DNA of 64,000 nt, taken from contig NC_043017.1 in the NCBI RefSeq assembly GCF_006345805.1, forward strand, positions 7,316,001 to 7,380,000, written 5' to 3'. Below are positions 12,165 to 25,330 of this stretch, piece after piece. A program made the translations under genes and the position numbers. Numbering within the stretch: position 1 is the stretch's first letter; every line of letters begins with the position of its first letter. The stretch is from Octopus sinensis (Eukaryota). The notes beneath the pieces are model-generated. The model was given only the letters and a program-made list of their open reading frames with translations. It made no database searches and had not been told where the DNA came from.

Positions 12165-12450
12165 GGCCTAGTGGTTTGGATGTTGCACGCATGATCACAA
12201 GATTATGTTTCAATTCCCAGGCTGGTAATACATTGTATTCTTGAGCAAAACACTTCATTTCACGCTGCTCCAATTCACTCATCTGTAAATGGGTGACCCT
12301 GTGATGGACTAGCGTTCTGTTCAAGGGGAATGTTGGCCCTGCCTGCCTAACCAGCAAGGTGACATCATTTGAAAGTTACAACTCTGTGAGGAAGTGCATT
12401 GTGACTAGTGGTGTATAACAACATCTAATAGTCTGGTTCATACTGTGAAA
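12165..12450 (+). mobile_element. tRNA-headed SINE with CORE-like and V-like central domains
   Basis: tggcctagtgg head, ttgagcaaaacacttcatttcac, gtgatggactagcgttctgttcaagggg. Confidence 0.55.
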
Positions 12451-12504
12451 TATATATATATATGTATGCTCATTGACTCACACCCTCATACATACATCAC
12501 TCAC

Positions 12505-12785
12505 ACATGCAGACTCAAGGTCGGAGAATCACGGTTTCGATTCCCAGACCAGGCGTTGTGTGTGCTTATTGAGCGAAAACACCTAAAACACCTAAAAGTT
12601 CTATGAGGTTCTGACAGGGGTGGTGGCGACCCCTGTTGTACTCTTTTGCCCCAACTTTCTCTCAATCTTTCTTCCTGTTTCTTGAGTAATGCTGCAATGG
12701 ACTGGCGTCCCGTCCAGCTGGGGGGAACACATATGCTACAGAAACTGGGCCCATGAACCTGGCTAGGCTTGTAAAGGGCGCATAA
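12505..12785 (+). mobile_element. SINE with V-like domain
   Basis: B-box-like ggtttcgattccc; atggactggcgtcccgtccagc resembles the V-SINE core. Confidence 0.55.
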
Positions 12786-13114
12786 AATATATATATATAT
12801 ATATACTGATCAGTTATAGGATTCTAGGCACATCAACATGTAGAACGCAAGAAATGGCTAGGTGCAATAACATAGTGTAAAATAGCCTTGAAGGTATCAT
12901 GTGTTGGTAGGATACTGTAGCTATGTAAGTATCAAATCCAATTTAAACTGCAGATCTGACTCAGGGCTCGTTCTAGGTATGGCTTATTTGTGTTTTTATT
13001 TTGACTGAGATACTTAATGCTTTGCTGTACAGAAGTGTTAAGGCCATCTCCCCACTGGTGAAGAGGATTGGTTTGCATGAGTCGAGTGCTCGTACCATAT
13101 AAAAAGTGCTCTTG

Positions 13115-13292
13115 TGGTGCTATGTTAAAGCACCCAGCACACACTGTAAAGCAGTTGGTACTAGGAAAGGCGTCCAGCTGTAGAAACCAAACCAAATCAG
13201 ACTGGAACCTGGTACAGCTCTCCGGCTTGTGAACTGTGGTCAAACTGACCAACCCATGCCAGCATGGAAAACGGACGTTAAAACATGACGAG
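13115..13292 (+). mobile_element. SINE-like family C, 3' part
   Basis: aggaaaggcgtccagctgtagaaac...aacccatgccagcatggaaaacggacgttaaa. Confidence 0.8.
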
Positions 13293-13323
<31 letters not shown>

Positions 13324-13589
13324 AAGGCCACCTAGGAGATAGGTATTATAACTGAAACCAGCTCAGCTCAAGGTGAGTATGATTGACAAGAAACTGCAGA
13401 TGGAATGAAAAAAAGAAATTATTAAAAATGATTATATAAATTAGAAAAAAATATTAAGAAAATTAGAAAAAAATTACATATAAAATGAAAGTCTGTTAAA
13501 CCTTTTAATTGCATTAAGATTTTTTATGTTTTAGTGATATTTTTGTTGTTGAAAAAAAAAAAGCCATTTGTTATGAACAGATATGTTTT

Positions 13590-14015
13590 TATAGACTGAA
13601 CTCTGTGGTAATTACAGCATATAATGTTCGCAATATTTTTATAATTTAAAATTATACTGCATTTATATGTTTAAAAGATATTTAACTTGAAGGAAAATTC
13701 TTATCTTTTAGACATTAATGTGTTTTTACACATTAAACACTTGTATTGGTGTGCCAAATAATTTTCTAATTAGAATTATATTTATATGCTTAAAAAAATA
13801 TGTAACTTTGTAGAGAAAAACATACGTTATAAATATTAGTTTGTTGTTTTACACAGTGAACTCTTGTATACTGTATGCCAAATAATTTTGCCATTAAAAT
13901 CATATTCATATGTTTAAAAAATGTTTAACCCTATAGATACAAACATAAGTTATAACATCAGCATGGTTTTATACATGGGTTTCTTGTATAATGTATGCCA
14001 AATAATTTTATAATT
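13590..14015. repeat. AT-rich degenerate ~120-bp tandem repeat
   Basis: gccaaataatttt recurs at about 13753, 13878 and 13997. Confidence 0.7.
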
Positions 14016-14109
14016 CAAATGACATGCGAGTTAGTAGCTCCAGTTGTCTGTAGCTTTGGGATTTGTTGAGTATATAAACAGATTGGTTTTATATTTCTCT
14101 GGGATTGCT

Positions 14110-14177
14110 CAAAATGATGTAAAAACCTCTGATGAGAGTCCAATAAGGTCTGAAAATTAGGGTTGTTCATCATTTTG
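14110..14177 (+). ncRNA. Type I hammerhead ribozyme motif (minimal, palindromic stem III)
   Basis: CUGAUGA at 14129-14135; stem II AGUCC/GGUCU (one U-U) with loop AAUAA; GAAA at 14152-14155; stem III AAUU; UUA site at 14159; stem I CAAAAUGAUG-U-AAAAACCU / GGGUUGUU-CAUCAUUUUG (~17 bp). Confidence 0.75.
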
Positions 14178-14466
14178 TTTGATCTATGAGGAAACGGTTA
14201 AATTTGCCTTGTTTATATATCTACTACATTGGTTATTCATATGTTTAAACGATATTTTAATCTTGTTATAGAATGAATGTAAATATATTATGAACACCTC
14301 TGATGAGAGTTCAATAAGGTCTGAAAATTAGGGTTGTTCATCATTTTGTTCAATCTATGAGGAAATGGTTAAATTTGCCTTGTTTATATATCTACTACAT
14401 TGGTTATTCATATGTTTAAACAATATTTTAATCTTGTTATAGAATGAATGTAAATATGTTATAAAC
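14125..14466. repeat. 171-bp tandem duplication carrying the hammerhead core twice
   Basis: 14125-14295 and 14296-14466 are near-identical. Confidence 0.95.
14290..14348 (+). ncRNA. Second hammerhead copy
   Basis: CUGAUGA at 14300-14306, GAAA at 14323-14326, site at 14330; stem I AUGAAC-ACCU / GGGU-U-GUUCAU (10 bp with 1-nt bulge). Confidence 0.65.
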
Positions 14467-15194
14467 ATTAGATATGGTTTGTTTTACACACTGAACTATT
14501 TTGAAATCATGTTGTATAATGATGTTCTAAGTAATGAAAATTATATTTACTCTGACGATAAAATAAATTCAAATATAAAAACCTTCTTTATCATTTTAAC
14601 GTCCACTTTCCATGCTTGCATGGATAGGACAGAGTTTATTGAGCCAGATTTTCTACATTTTCATCCCTTTTCTGTCACAAACCCTTACCTGTTTGCAAGC
14701 AAGGTAACATTTCTCTATTGCCAGACATGTTTTTCGCAGAATATTGGAAATGAGTGGCATTCCCATCGTTTATGAATACTGTTCAAAAATATTTAAACTT
14801 CTCAACACATTTTTTTTTCAAAATAATAAAATAAAAAGCTTTTGTAGCTGAAAAGAATTATTATTGGTTCACTGCCAATTCAGTCATCACAGATCTAGTC
14901 ATCACTAACCAACCCTCAGTCTAGTGCCGAACCAACTAATTACCAAACCAAATAACTGCCAACTTAAAAACTGCTAACTTTAGTTCCTGTTAACCTTCAA
15001 CAGAAGCGACTTCAGTTCATATTATTGACTCATGATTGCTTTAGGTTTTGACTGTTTAAATTTTTCAAGTATGTCCTTATTTAGGGTTGCTCATCAGAAG
15101 CAGTACCCCATCAGTCAGCATGAAAAAATACCCATAAACATTGATGTACAAATTCTCAGAATAGTCTGAAATTTGGCTCAAAGAACTTATATTG

Positions 15195-15600
15195 GATCAT
15201 TATCATCATCTAACATCCCTTTTCCATGCTGGCATGTAGGGCAGATGGTTCACCAGGAAGCAAAGAGTCAGAGGATTGCACCAAGATCCAGTGTCTGCTT
15301 TGGTATTGTTTCTACGGCTGGATGCCCTTTGGAGTGTGCTGGGTGCCTTTTTTTTTTGTGTGGCACCAGCACTAATGAAGTCACTGAGTATCTTCAAGGC
15401 AAGACCCTCTCATCTGAGTGGGGTATAGTATTGAAGGTGGGGAAAGTATAAGAGACATGAACAAGTGTCTTGCTGAAGAAGTGAATACATGGATGGCTTC
15501 TCTGGCTGGAGAACAAGAGATGGTGCGGGCATATTCTCAAGATACAAGGTGAATATGAGAGAGAGAGAGAGAGAGAGTGGGTGAGTGAGTAGGTAAGTGT
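15195..15600 (-). mobile_element. Diverged family C-related element
   Basis: tttccatgctggcatg...ctacggctggatgccc, plus aagaccctc...ctgagtgggg extension also seen at 18640 and 25150. Confidence 0.6.
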
Positions 15601-16725
15601 TGTAGACTGAAAAGAGTGTGACAAATGATTAATGATGGGGATTGTGGTGGATGCATTAAATATCACTTGGGGGTGTGTGCGAAATAAAGGAAGTAGGTGC
15701 GGATTGCAATGCTCATGGCATTTTCCATAGCTTAGAATAAGCGTTTACTTTTTCCATTTTGGAGGTGTACTTGCCAGGCAAGCAATTTTATCTGAGACTG
15801 TATATCGAAATTTAAACAATTGCAGCATTGAAGACACATGTTAGCCATAAAAAAAATACACAAAGGCTGTTAATTTCACTTGTTAAGTTTGAGCAATGAA
15901 TGTTTTGACACTGTATAACAAATAAGAAATATTTAAGCAAAGGTAAGTCTTTGTGTGATTTTGAATGACTAACACGTGTTCTCGGCACTGCTGTAATTTT
16001 TCTGTTTTTGTTCTCAAAATATTATTTTTTTAGCCTTTATTTTTTTATTCTATTATTTCAAATAAATGCGGTTTTTGATTCCGTTTAATTTTATTTAATC
16101 TGTAAGAATTTCAATATTTTGGAGTTGAGGGTGTGATGGGTTGGTCTGACGATGAAGCGGGTTGGTGCTGAATTGCCATCAGTGAATAGGTGGCAGCAAT
16201 TAGCTGTCCCTCTTTGCACGAACCTGGCTTGCCTCTTACCTAACGCTACTTGCCACGAAAATCTAAAACATCAATGAATATTTGACTTCGGTAGAATTTA
16301 TAATATTGTGCATTACATTTTTATTGATTCTTTTGAAGAAATATAAATAGAAGAATAATTAAGAGAGGAAAAAGAAAAAATTGTAGAGAACTATATTTAC
16401 AAAGTTTGGTAACCATAAAGTGGAAATAATTTGACTGCAAGCCAATCGTAGATGGTTGTAGCAGCAGGAATGGTTTCTCCTGATTTGGATGGGAGTCAAA
16501 ATGTTGTCATTTTCTGCAGTAGGTCACATCTAATGAGTGCAGCAGTGTCTGCAAATGTTGAACACTAATTTTATGTCAAAAAAATTATTTAAAAAAAAAA
16601 TATATTGAATGGCACATGCCATCATTAGGTGCAGGATTTAAAACATGGTATGGTATTTGTCATTTAGAGGAACACTGTGATAGAAGATTTTTCTTTTTGA
16701 ATTTAGAATTATGGTATTGCAGATG

Positions 16726-17142
16726 CTCTTTTTTACTCTTTTACTTGTTTCAGTCATTTGACTGCGGCCATGCTGGAGCACTGCCTTTAGTCGAGCAAAT
16801 CGACCCCAGGACTTATTCTTTGTAAGCCTAGTACTTATTCTATCGGTTCTCTTTTGCCGAACTGCTAAGTTACACGGACGTAAGCACACCATGATCGGTT
16901 GTCAAGCAATGCTGAGGGGACAAACACAGACACACAAACATACACACACACATACACACATATATATATACATATATATGACAGGCTTCTTTCAGTTTCT
17001 GTCTACCAAATCCACTGACAAGGCTTTGGTCAGCCCGAGGCTATAGTAGAAGACACTTGCCCAAGGTGCCACGCAGTGAGACTGAACCCAGAACCATGTG
17101 GTTGGTAAGCAAGCTACTTACCACACAGTCACTCCTGCGCCT
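16726..17142 (-). mobile_element. SINE family A, full length
   Basis: Both ends present. Confidence 0.9.
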
Positions 17143-17269
17143 ATTCTTTTGTAGAATATTCTTTTATTTTTCTTTATCTTTATCAAGCACCACTTGAAGA
17201 GTTAATCAAATGAATCAACCCCAGTTGTGACGGAGAAATACACAAGAGTATTATTATAATAGATTGTTA

Positions 17270-17470
17270 TTAAGGAGGCAAACTGGTAGAATTGTTAGCA
17301 TGCTGGATGAAATGCTTAGCAGTATTTCACCCATCACTCCATTCTGAGTTCAAATTCCACCCTTTCAGGGTCGATAAATTGTGTACCAGTGAAACACTGG
17401 GTCAATGTTTCTGACTCATCTATCCTCCCAAAATTTCTGCCCTTGTGGCAAAATTTGAAACCATTATTAT
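17270..17470 (+). mobile_element. SINE family B
   Basis: Family motifs. Confidence 0.7.
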
Positions 17471-18419
17471 TATTATTAAAGGTGGCGAGCCAACAGAATT
17501 GTAAGCATGCTGAGCATTTCGTCTGTCTTTATGTTTTGAGTTCAAGTCTTCCAATCAAGGAGAATGTCAGCCTGTCACCTTGCCAACAGGGTGACATCAT
17601 TTGAAAGCTAAAATTGTATGAAGTGTATTGTGATCAGTGATGTAAAACAATACAATGACATTTGACAGTAATCTAAATGCTAAAGGGTTCGTTTAATTGC
17701 CTAAGCCCACACTCTACACAAAACTGCTGTCATTGTGCCTAAATTAGAATTATTATGATACAAACAGATTCAGGATTCCCTGCTCTAAAAACTATTTCAT
17801 TATTTTACCCAACAACATTCTTTCAAATCTTTTGTCATTTTTTCATTCAATTGATTTTACATTTGTGTTTTTCTGTTCTAGTATGGATTCCAGCAATATG
17901 TTACTGGGGTATTGTTTTACAGTTGAATGTCTTCTCTGTCACTAACCCATGCCTGTTTATTAAGTGAAGGCTCTCTTATACTGCATGGCGTCAAAGGTGT
18001 GAAGCCAGTGGGAAATTTGTTGATAGAAGTAACATCATCACTGCTCATAATTTGTGACTTTCAAAGAAGTGAACACAAATATAAACAAGGCAGGGACACA
18101 CACACACACACTGCTGTCAACTTCTCTGATGCAAGTAGCATGTTAAAATAGACTTAGTTAAAGCTGTAAAACAGTTGGTGATAGGAAGGACATCCATCTG
18201 TAAAAAAGCAAACCACATCAAACAGGAAGAAAGAACAGAGGATACATGGAATCCACATGCTGTAGTGAAGACCCAACTTCTCTTGAAGAGTAGGAACTTT
18301 CAGCAAAAACTGGTGTGGTGTACAGGGAACTTTTCAATACTTACAGACAAACTCTTTCATGATGGTGACGCATTAAAATCCACCTAGCCCATGTTGTAAA
18401 AACGGTAGATGGTAAGAAG

Positions 18420-18680
18420 GACATTATCGTCACCATCATCATTTGTCTTTTCCCTGCTGGCATGGGTTGGACAGTTTGATAGAAGCTGATGAACCAGAAG
18501 ACTGTGCCAAAACCCAGTGTCAGCTTTGGGATGGTTTCTACAGCTGGATGCCCTTCCTAATACCAACCACTTCACTGAGTGTATTAGGTGGGTTTTTTAT
18601 GTAGCACCAGCATTAGTGACATCACCAAGTAACTTACAAGACAAGACCCCCTCCTCAACTGAGGTTGTATGTGAGTAGTA

Positions 18681-18713
<33 letters not shown>

Positions 18714-18900
18714 AGGAAGGTGGCTTTATGCTTGGTGATGAGGGAGGAGGATGTATGGTAGGTGATGATAGGACAGAAGTGTTTTTTAGCCTAAATACAT
18801 GGTTTCACCTGTTGGAAAAAGAGAGAAGATGGTGAAGAGGGGGTGAAGGTATATCCTCAAGTTATACAAAGGTGAACATGAGAGAAGTGGTCCAAAGGTG
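18420..18900 (-). mobile_element. Diverged family C-related element
   Basis: ctggcatgggttggacag...ctggatgcccttcctaataccaaccac. Confidence 0.65.
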
Positions 18901-19544
18901 TGGACAGGGTAAATGGTTAAAAAAAAACAAAGCAAAATATACAAAGAAAACACCATTATAAAGTATCCCCATTCACAACAACAAAGATTGCCGGAGAGAG
19001 TTTTCTTTGTGTGTCAACTGATAAAGGACTGCAACAAGTGGTGGGGCCACTTCTAATTTATGTCTGTTTTTTTCCATTCCTGAATGTAAAAATAGCTGTA
19101 AAAAAAAGAAAATGACAATGATGACAACAACAAAAATGATGATGAGCTTGGTGGTGGTGGTGGTGATGATGATGATATATTGTTCTTACTCATGTGATCA
19201 TCTGGAACAATAACTCATTTAAAAATAGAAAAAGCTGGCTTCTTTCTGTTTAGAACTGAACAATTACAATTCTGCCCTGCCTTCGACCCCTCCTCCTCCA
19301 CCTCCTTGCTCCTGTCAGTTTGCGTTGCATCTGAAATCTAAGAGTTCCCCTATGATGATGATGATGATGCTGTTATTGTTGTCATTGTCCTCCACCAAAC
19401 ACCAATCATTTCTTTTTCCAGTGATGGCCTCTAGAAAGGCCAGCTATTTATTATTCCATTACATTAAAAATGTCCAACTTCAGATGCTTAAATAAGTGGG
19501 TTCTTTTTTTTTGTAACGACCAACTCCACATTGCATTCTTCTGT

Positions 19545-20030
19545 CTCTCTGACTGTCTTCTGGTCATTAGGACTATTTGTCTGTCTGTCTTCCGGTCACT
19601 AGGTCTGTCTCTTTCTGGCTGTCTGCTGGTGCCTTAGTCTGTCTAGCAGTCACTAGGCCTATCCATGTACTAGTCCTTAAGCTCTATCTATCTACTGGTT
19701 AGTCTATCTGTCTGTTTACTGGTCATTAGATCTGTTTGTTTATTGGTCACTTGGCCTATTTCTCCTTTTTGGACTCTGGGTCTGTCAATTAGTCTATATA
19801 TCTACTGGTCACTAGTCCTTTGTCTGCTGGTCATTGGATCTATCTATTGATCATTCTGGCTGTCTGGTCTATCTGTTTATTGGTCATAAGTTCTTTATAC
19901 TGGTCACTAGTCTATCACTAGCTCCTTCTACTGGTCACTCTAGTTGTCTTTGTCTATTGGTCACTATGTCTGTCTGCCTGCCTCTCAACTGGTCATTAGA
20001 TTTATTTGTCTACATACTGGTCAGCTATCA
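19545..20030. repeat. Degenerate minisatellite, anchor (C/T)TGGTCACTAG
   Basis: About 13 anchors at irregular spacing, interleaved with TCTG/TCTA. Confidence 0.7.
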
Positions 20031-20740
20031 GAATTTCAGGTACCATTCGACTTATATTCTAGATTTCCTAAAGATTTCTCCACCTCTGGGGGATGTATCA
20101 TTATTACCAAATACAGTTATTAACAGCTTCAATTGAGAAGGGGAGATAATCTTAAGAATCAAGAATTCCACAATACTGACATGCCATCAAGGAAAAGGGC
20201 AGGTTTATTGTCTGGAGACAAAAGGACAGTTGTGGACATGTGTTTCTAATTCAACAGCCATTATCAGTATGACAGTTGCCCTATCTTATCTCCAATAGTC
20301 CAAGGACTTAGACTTATACAAAACAGAGTGGAAAACAGTAATCGCCTAGGTAATTTGCATAATTTAAAAGGAGCTAAGGGAAATAATACAGGTATGTTAA
20401 ATATGTTACAACAAAATTTCTTGATTTGTTAAAATTATTTCCACATCTAGAAGATGTGCCATAATTATCAAATAATAATTAGGACCAGATCCACTTGAGA
20501 CAGTGACATGGTCACTCTCTGTATTACTTTTCTGGGGTTTTTTTTTGTTCATTTCTCTTTGTTGTTGTAAATGGTGGTGGTGGTCTTGGTAATTCATCTT
20601 GTTGGTGATATCTCCTTTCTGCCACTCAGCAAGTAGTTTCCTAGTATGCATATATGTGGATGTGTGCAAGTATGTGTATATATATATATATATATAAATG
20701 TGTGTATATGTGCATGTGTGTATATGTGCATGTGTGTGTC

Positions 20741-20769
<29 letters not shown>

Positions 20770-20787
<18 letters not shown>

Positions 20788-21050
20788 TTGTATGTATGTA
20801 TATAAACACAGACGTGTGTGTGTGTGTGTGTTTGTATGTATGTATGTATATAAACACAGACGTGTGTGTGTGTGTGTTGTATGTATGTATGTATGTATAT
20901 AAACACAGACGTGTGTGTGTGTGTGTGTTTGTATGTATGTATGTATGTATATAGACACAGACGTGTGTGTGTGTGTGTTTGTATATATGTATGTATATAT
21001 ATAAACACACATAGACGTGTGTGTGTGTGTGTTTGTGTGTGTGTGTATAA
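20770..21050. repeat. Higher-order repeat of microsatellites, ~40-bp unit ATAAACACAGAC(GT)nTT(GTAT)n, ~6 copies
   Basis: aaacacagacgtgtg anchor repeats. Confidence 0.85.
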
Positions 21051-21664
21051 TGTCCCATATGTACTGCAGGGTATTTTCATTGTATGAAAGCCATCAGTTG
21101 TCATTTCACATTAATTCATGTCAGATTAATTTAATTATGTTTCATGGCTAAAAAACAATACCATAATTGTATATTATACATCCTGACAACCTTGTCTGTC
21201 TTGTAATCATGACTCTTCATACAACATCGTTCGTTCTTCCTCTTCTCTGTAAAGTCAGCTCTCTGATACATCAGAAAATCCAGTGGAGCAATTTCCTCTT
21301 AATCTAGCTCTTTCGTTTTTCTCAAACTGTTTTTCCTTCTGTGACGCCACTGTTGCTGATACTTTTATTGACAGCGACATCTCAGACATTGCAGTCTATC
21401 CATCAAGTCGTACTGTGATGAGGGCCAATGGTAGTAAGCAATGCAAAATATGTCTTGCTGCTAGACATGTATATCTTTGAATTAATTGCTGGTGACAGAA
21501 TAAATTAGTTTTGCTGGTAAATCACTAAATGAAGGTGTATGGCCTTGTGGTGAGGGCGTTGAACTCATGATTAAAAGATTGTGGTTTTGCTTCCTGGACC
21601 ACAGGGTACATAGAGGTTCTTGAGCAAGATTCTGGTCTCTCATTCACTTATATGCCATGGAAAC

Positions 21665-21714
21665 TGGGTAACCAAGGATTTGGTAGATGGAAACTGAAAG
21701 AAGCCTGTCACATG

Positions 21715-21754
<40 letters not shown>

Positions 21755-21965
21755 GTGTGTGTGTGTCTGTGTTTGTCATCCCACCGTCGCTTGACAACTG
21801 ATGTTCATGTGTTTACATGCCTGAAACTTAGCGTTTCGGCAAAAGAGACCTATAGAATAAGTATTAGGCTTACAAAGAATAAGTCCTAGGATTGATTTGT
21901 TCGATTGAAGGTGGTCCTCCAGCATGGCCACAATCAAATGACTGAAACAAATAAAAGAATAAAAG
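21665..21965 (+). mobile_element. SINE family A, 5'-truncated
   Basis: Family motifs. Confidence 0.75.
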
Positions 21966-22789
21966 AAGATATATATATATATATATACCATGGTTTGAGG
22001 CTCTAATGAAATTGTAAGGTGTTACTCAGGTATTCAGCCGTGAGTCCACACAGCCTATTTGTGGGAACAGCTGTAAGCTAATGAAGTTCCTAAGATAATA
22101 ATAAATTCCTTTGGCACCTATTTTCTAATATATGTGTGTGTGTTCCTCACCACCATTTTGACAACTTGTGTTGGTTTGTTTACATCTCCATAACTTATCA
22201 GTTCAGCAAAAGACACCCTATAGAATATGTACCAGGCTCTAAAAACATTAACTGGAGTCAATTTGTTCAACTAAACCCTTCAAGGCAAGGTCTTCTCATG
22301 GCTGCAGTCCAATGACTGCAAACAAGCTAAAGATACAGCATTCTTTGAATATGAGTTATTTGCAATATTTACTCTGCACCAACCTTCAGACACTCCATTG
22401 TCATTCTTGCCTTCAGAAATATTATGAAATATTAGTAATCGGTCCATTGGAAACCTTGAATCAAAGATGTTGTTCTTCGGCAATTTGCAAAATAAGATAA
22501 ATAGAAATTTTTAAAAATAAATAGAACTTGAGTAAACATTTTTTGGAATCTTAATGACTTCCCTTAGTGATATGAATCATGATTTTATTTCTAATTCTTT
22601 GATCCAGAAACTTAATGCCTTCTTCTTCTTCAAGCTATTTATCAAGAACTTCTCACCTGACTGCCAAAATTATAGAACGTGGCAACGTTTCAAACCTTTC
22701 TCTAAGTCAACAAACCAAGGTCTATTTACTTATCTGTTTTCTATGTTAGCAAGAATGAAGAATAAGAATCCTTTCTGAGCCATGTAGAC

Positions 22790-23010
22790 TCATCAAGCCA
22801 GTTGATCGGTTTCTGTGGCACATATATTTGCCCCTGGATAGGATACCAAGTCTGTTGTCTGGTTATTCATTTCTACCAGCTGAGTGGACTAGAGTAACAG
22901 GAAATGAAGTGTTTTGCTCAAGAACACAATGTATTGTCTGGTCCGGGAATTGAAACAACAATCTTGCAATCAGGAGCCCCACACCCAAACCACTAAACCA
23001 CATGCCCTAC
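22790..23010 (-). mobile_element. tRNA/CORE-like SINE
   Basis: aatgaagtgttttgctcaagaacacaa and gggaattgaaac are reverse complements of the motifs at 12165-12450. Confidence 0.55.
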
Positions 23011-23282
23011 CACTGGATGGTTTGACAAAATCTGGTGAGACATAGGGCTTCATGAAACTCCAGTATCAGTTTTGGCATGGTTTCTGTGGTTGGATGCTTT
23101 AAATGGGTGTTAAAATCAAAACAATGATGCTAAAATATCATCACCATTGTTTAATGTCTGCTCTTTCTACTGGCATGGGTTGGACAGTTTGATATGGAGC
23201 TGGCTAGCAGGGAGACGTCCACAGCCAGAAAGTGTTATGACAACTATTTCTGATAGGACCCTAAGAAACTGTACTTGAGGAA

Positions 23283-23517
23283 GGCAGCGAGCTGGCAGAA
23301 ACATTAGAACGCTGGGCGAAATGCTTAGCGTTGTTTCGTCTACCACTATGTTTTGAGTTCAAATTCCGCCGAGGTTGACTTTGCTTTTCATCCTTTCAGG
23401 GTCGATAAATTAAGTACCAGTTACGCACTGGGGTCGATATAATCAACTTAATCTCTTTGTCTGTCCTTGTTTGTTCCCTCTATGTTTAGCCCCTTGTGAG
23501 CAATAATGAAATAAGAA
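23283..23517 (+). mobile_element. SINE family B, full length
   Basis: ggcagcgagctggcagaaac...gccccttgtg...aagaaataag. Confidence 0.85.
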
Positions 23518-23719
23518 ACTGTACCTGAGGACTCTGCCCCCATGACCCTTCCAGAAATAACAGATGGAGAAAATGGATAGATAGATAAAAATCAATTTTC
23601 TTCAGTTGAAAGCGATAAATTTTTGTCCTCAATAACTCTGCTTTAAGAACCAGCTTTCTTCAATTACAGATACTTACTCAACAGATGCAATGTAAAAACA
23701 AACAAAAAGAAAGTTTAAA

Positions 23720-23764
<45 letters not shown>

Positions 23765-24427
23765 TGATAACAACAGCAGCAGCATCAGTACCAGTTAATA
23801 ACAAGCAATAAATCAGCAAATAAGAGCTCATTATTTGACATATTGACAAAGCTGCTAAGATTTAAGTGGTGGTGGTGGTGGTGGGTGGTGGAAAATCAAT
23901 TGTTGCCATAGACAAATGGTTCTGTTGTACATCATTCTTCGACAATTCTTGTTAGTAAATTTGATTATACGTGTATTGAAGAAGACCGGAATGGTTCTTC
24001 TTTAGAAATTCTGTCATTTTTGTGTGTTTCTTTATTATTTGATTTTGTTGTTTGCAATTATATTTTGCTTTTTATTTATTTATTTATTTATTTATTTATT
24101 TTTTTTTTAGAAAAACTTTATTTTTAGAAAATAAATTGGAGTGGTTGGTTGAGTTACGTGGAGTCATCTAACCATTGTGATAGAGCTGTTTAACTATCAT
24201 AATAGTCGTCTCTTGCCATTGTAGTAGGTTTGTTTGATCATAATAATAGCCAGCTAACCATTATAATAGTGTCATGTAACCGTCATAATAGAGCTGTCTG
24301 ACTATTATAATAGTAATCTAATTATCATGATAGAGGTACTTACCTATTATAATAGTTATCTATCCATAAACGACCGTAACCACAAAAATGGAGTTCGCTC
24401 TGTTATAAAAAGAAATGCCTCGCTATT

Positions 24428-24966
24428 ATAATAGTTATCATCATCATCACCATCGTTGTCGTTGTCATCATTGTCACCATCATCGTCATCATCGCCATCA
24501 TTGTCGTCATCGTCATCATCGCCATCGTTGTCGTCATCGTCATCATCGCCATCATTGTCGTTGTCGTCATTGTCATCATCATTGTCACCATCATCATCGT
24601 CATCATCATTGTCGTTGTCGTCATCGTCATCATCGCCATCATTGTCGTTGTCGTCATTGTCATCATCATCGCCATCGTTGTCGTCATCATCATTGTCACC
24701 ATCATCATCGTCATCATCATTGTCGTTGTCGTCATTGTCATTGTCATCGTCATCATCGCCATCGTTATCGTCATTGTCACCATCATCATCGTCATCATCA
24801 TTGTCGTTGTCGTCATTGTCATCATCATTGTCATCGTCATCATCGCCATCGTTATCGTCATTGTCATCATCATTGTCACCATCATTGTCGTTGTCGTCAT
24901 TGTCATCATCATTGTCACCATCATCATCATCATTGTTGTCGTCGTCGTCATTGTCATCATCATCAT
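24428..24966. repeat. Complex (TCA/TCG/TTG/CCA) trinucleotide field with higher-order blocks
   Basis: Continuous with the (ATC)n tail of the family C element at 24960-25330. Confidence 0.9.
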
Positions 24967-25330
24967 TTAATGTTCGTGCTCCATGCTGGCATGGGTTGGA
25001 CGGTTTAACATGGATCCAACGGGTCCGAGGACTACTCGGTGCTCCAGTTTCTGCTTGGGTGTGGTTTCTACCGTTGGATGCCCTTCTTATGCCAAACACT
25101 CTACAGAGTATACTGGGTGGTTTGTTTCCATGCCACTGGCACTGTTGAGGTTGCCATATAGCTTGCAACTCTGCAAAAACCTAAGGAGGAGGAGGGGTTG
25201 GGTACGATATCCCCTTATGTTAGATTGGGAGTTAAGGTGTGAGGGAAGAGTTTGGGGGTAGAGCTGTTTTTTGCTGTAGAGTGAGCTACATGGGTACTCA
25301 CATTTAAGGGAGAGAATGAGAATGAATCGG
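24960..25330 (-). mobile_element. SINE-like family C with extension
   Basis: ccatgctggcatgggttggacgg...ttggatgcccttc. Confidence 0.7.

Noticed and set aside
15045-15110. Minus-strand CTGATGA...GAAAAATTTA with a weak stem I
   Set aside because: Stem II cannot close next to the core; too AT-rich to exclude chance
19418-19446. TGGCCT-CTAGAA-AGGCCA hairpin after gtgat
   Set aside because: Resembles an HHR stem II, but CUGANGA and GAAA are both missing
21180-21480. E/K-rich minus-strand frames and the 65-aa plus ORF
   Set aside because: All frames interrupted by stops, with no consistent splice pair or recognisable motif
22674-22725. Minus-strand GAAACGTTGCCAC preceded by TTGTTGA
   Set aside because: Two non-compensatory core changes and no proper stem II
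24356-25168. 270-aa Asp-rich ORF as an Aspein/Asprich-like protein
   Set aside because: Starts inside a SINE C, has no signal peptide, and the acidic part is the expanded SINE tail
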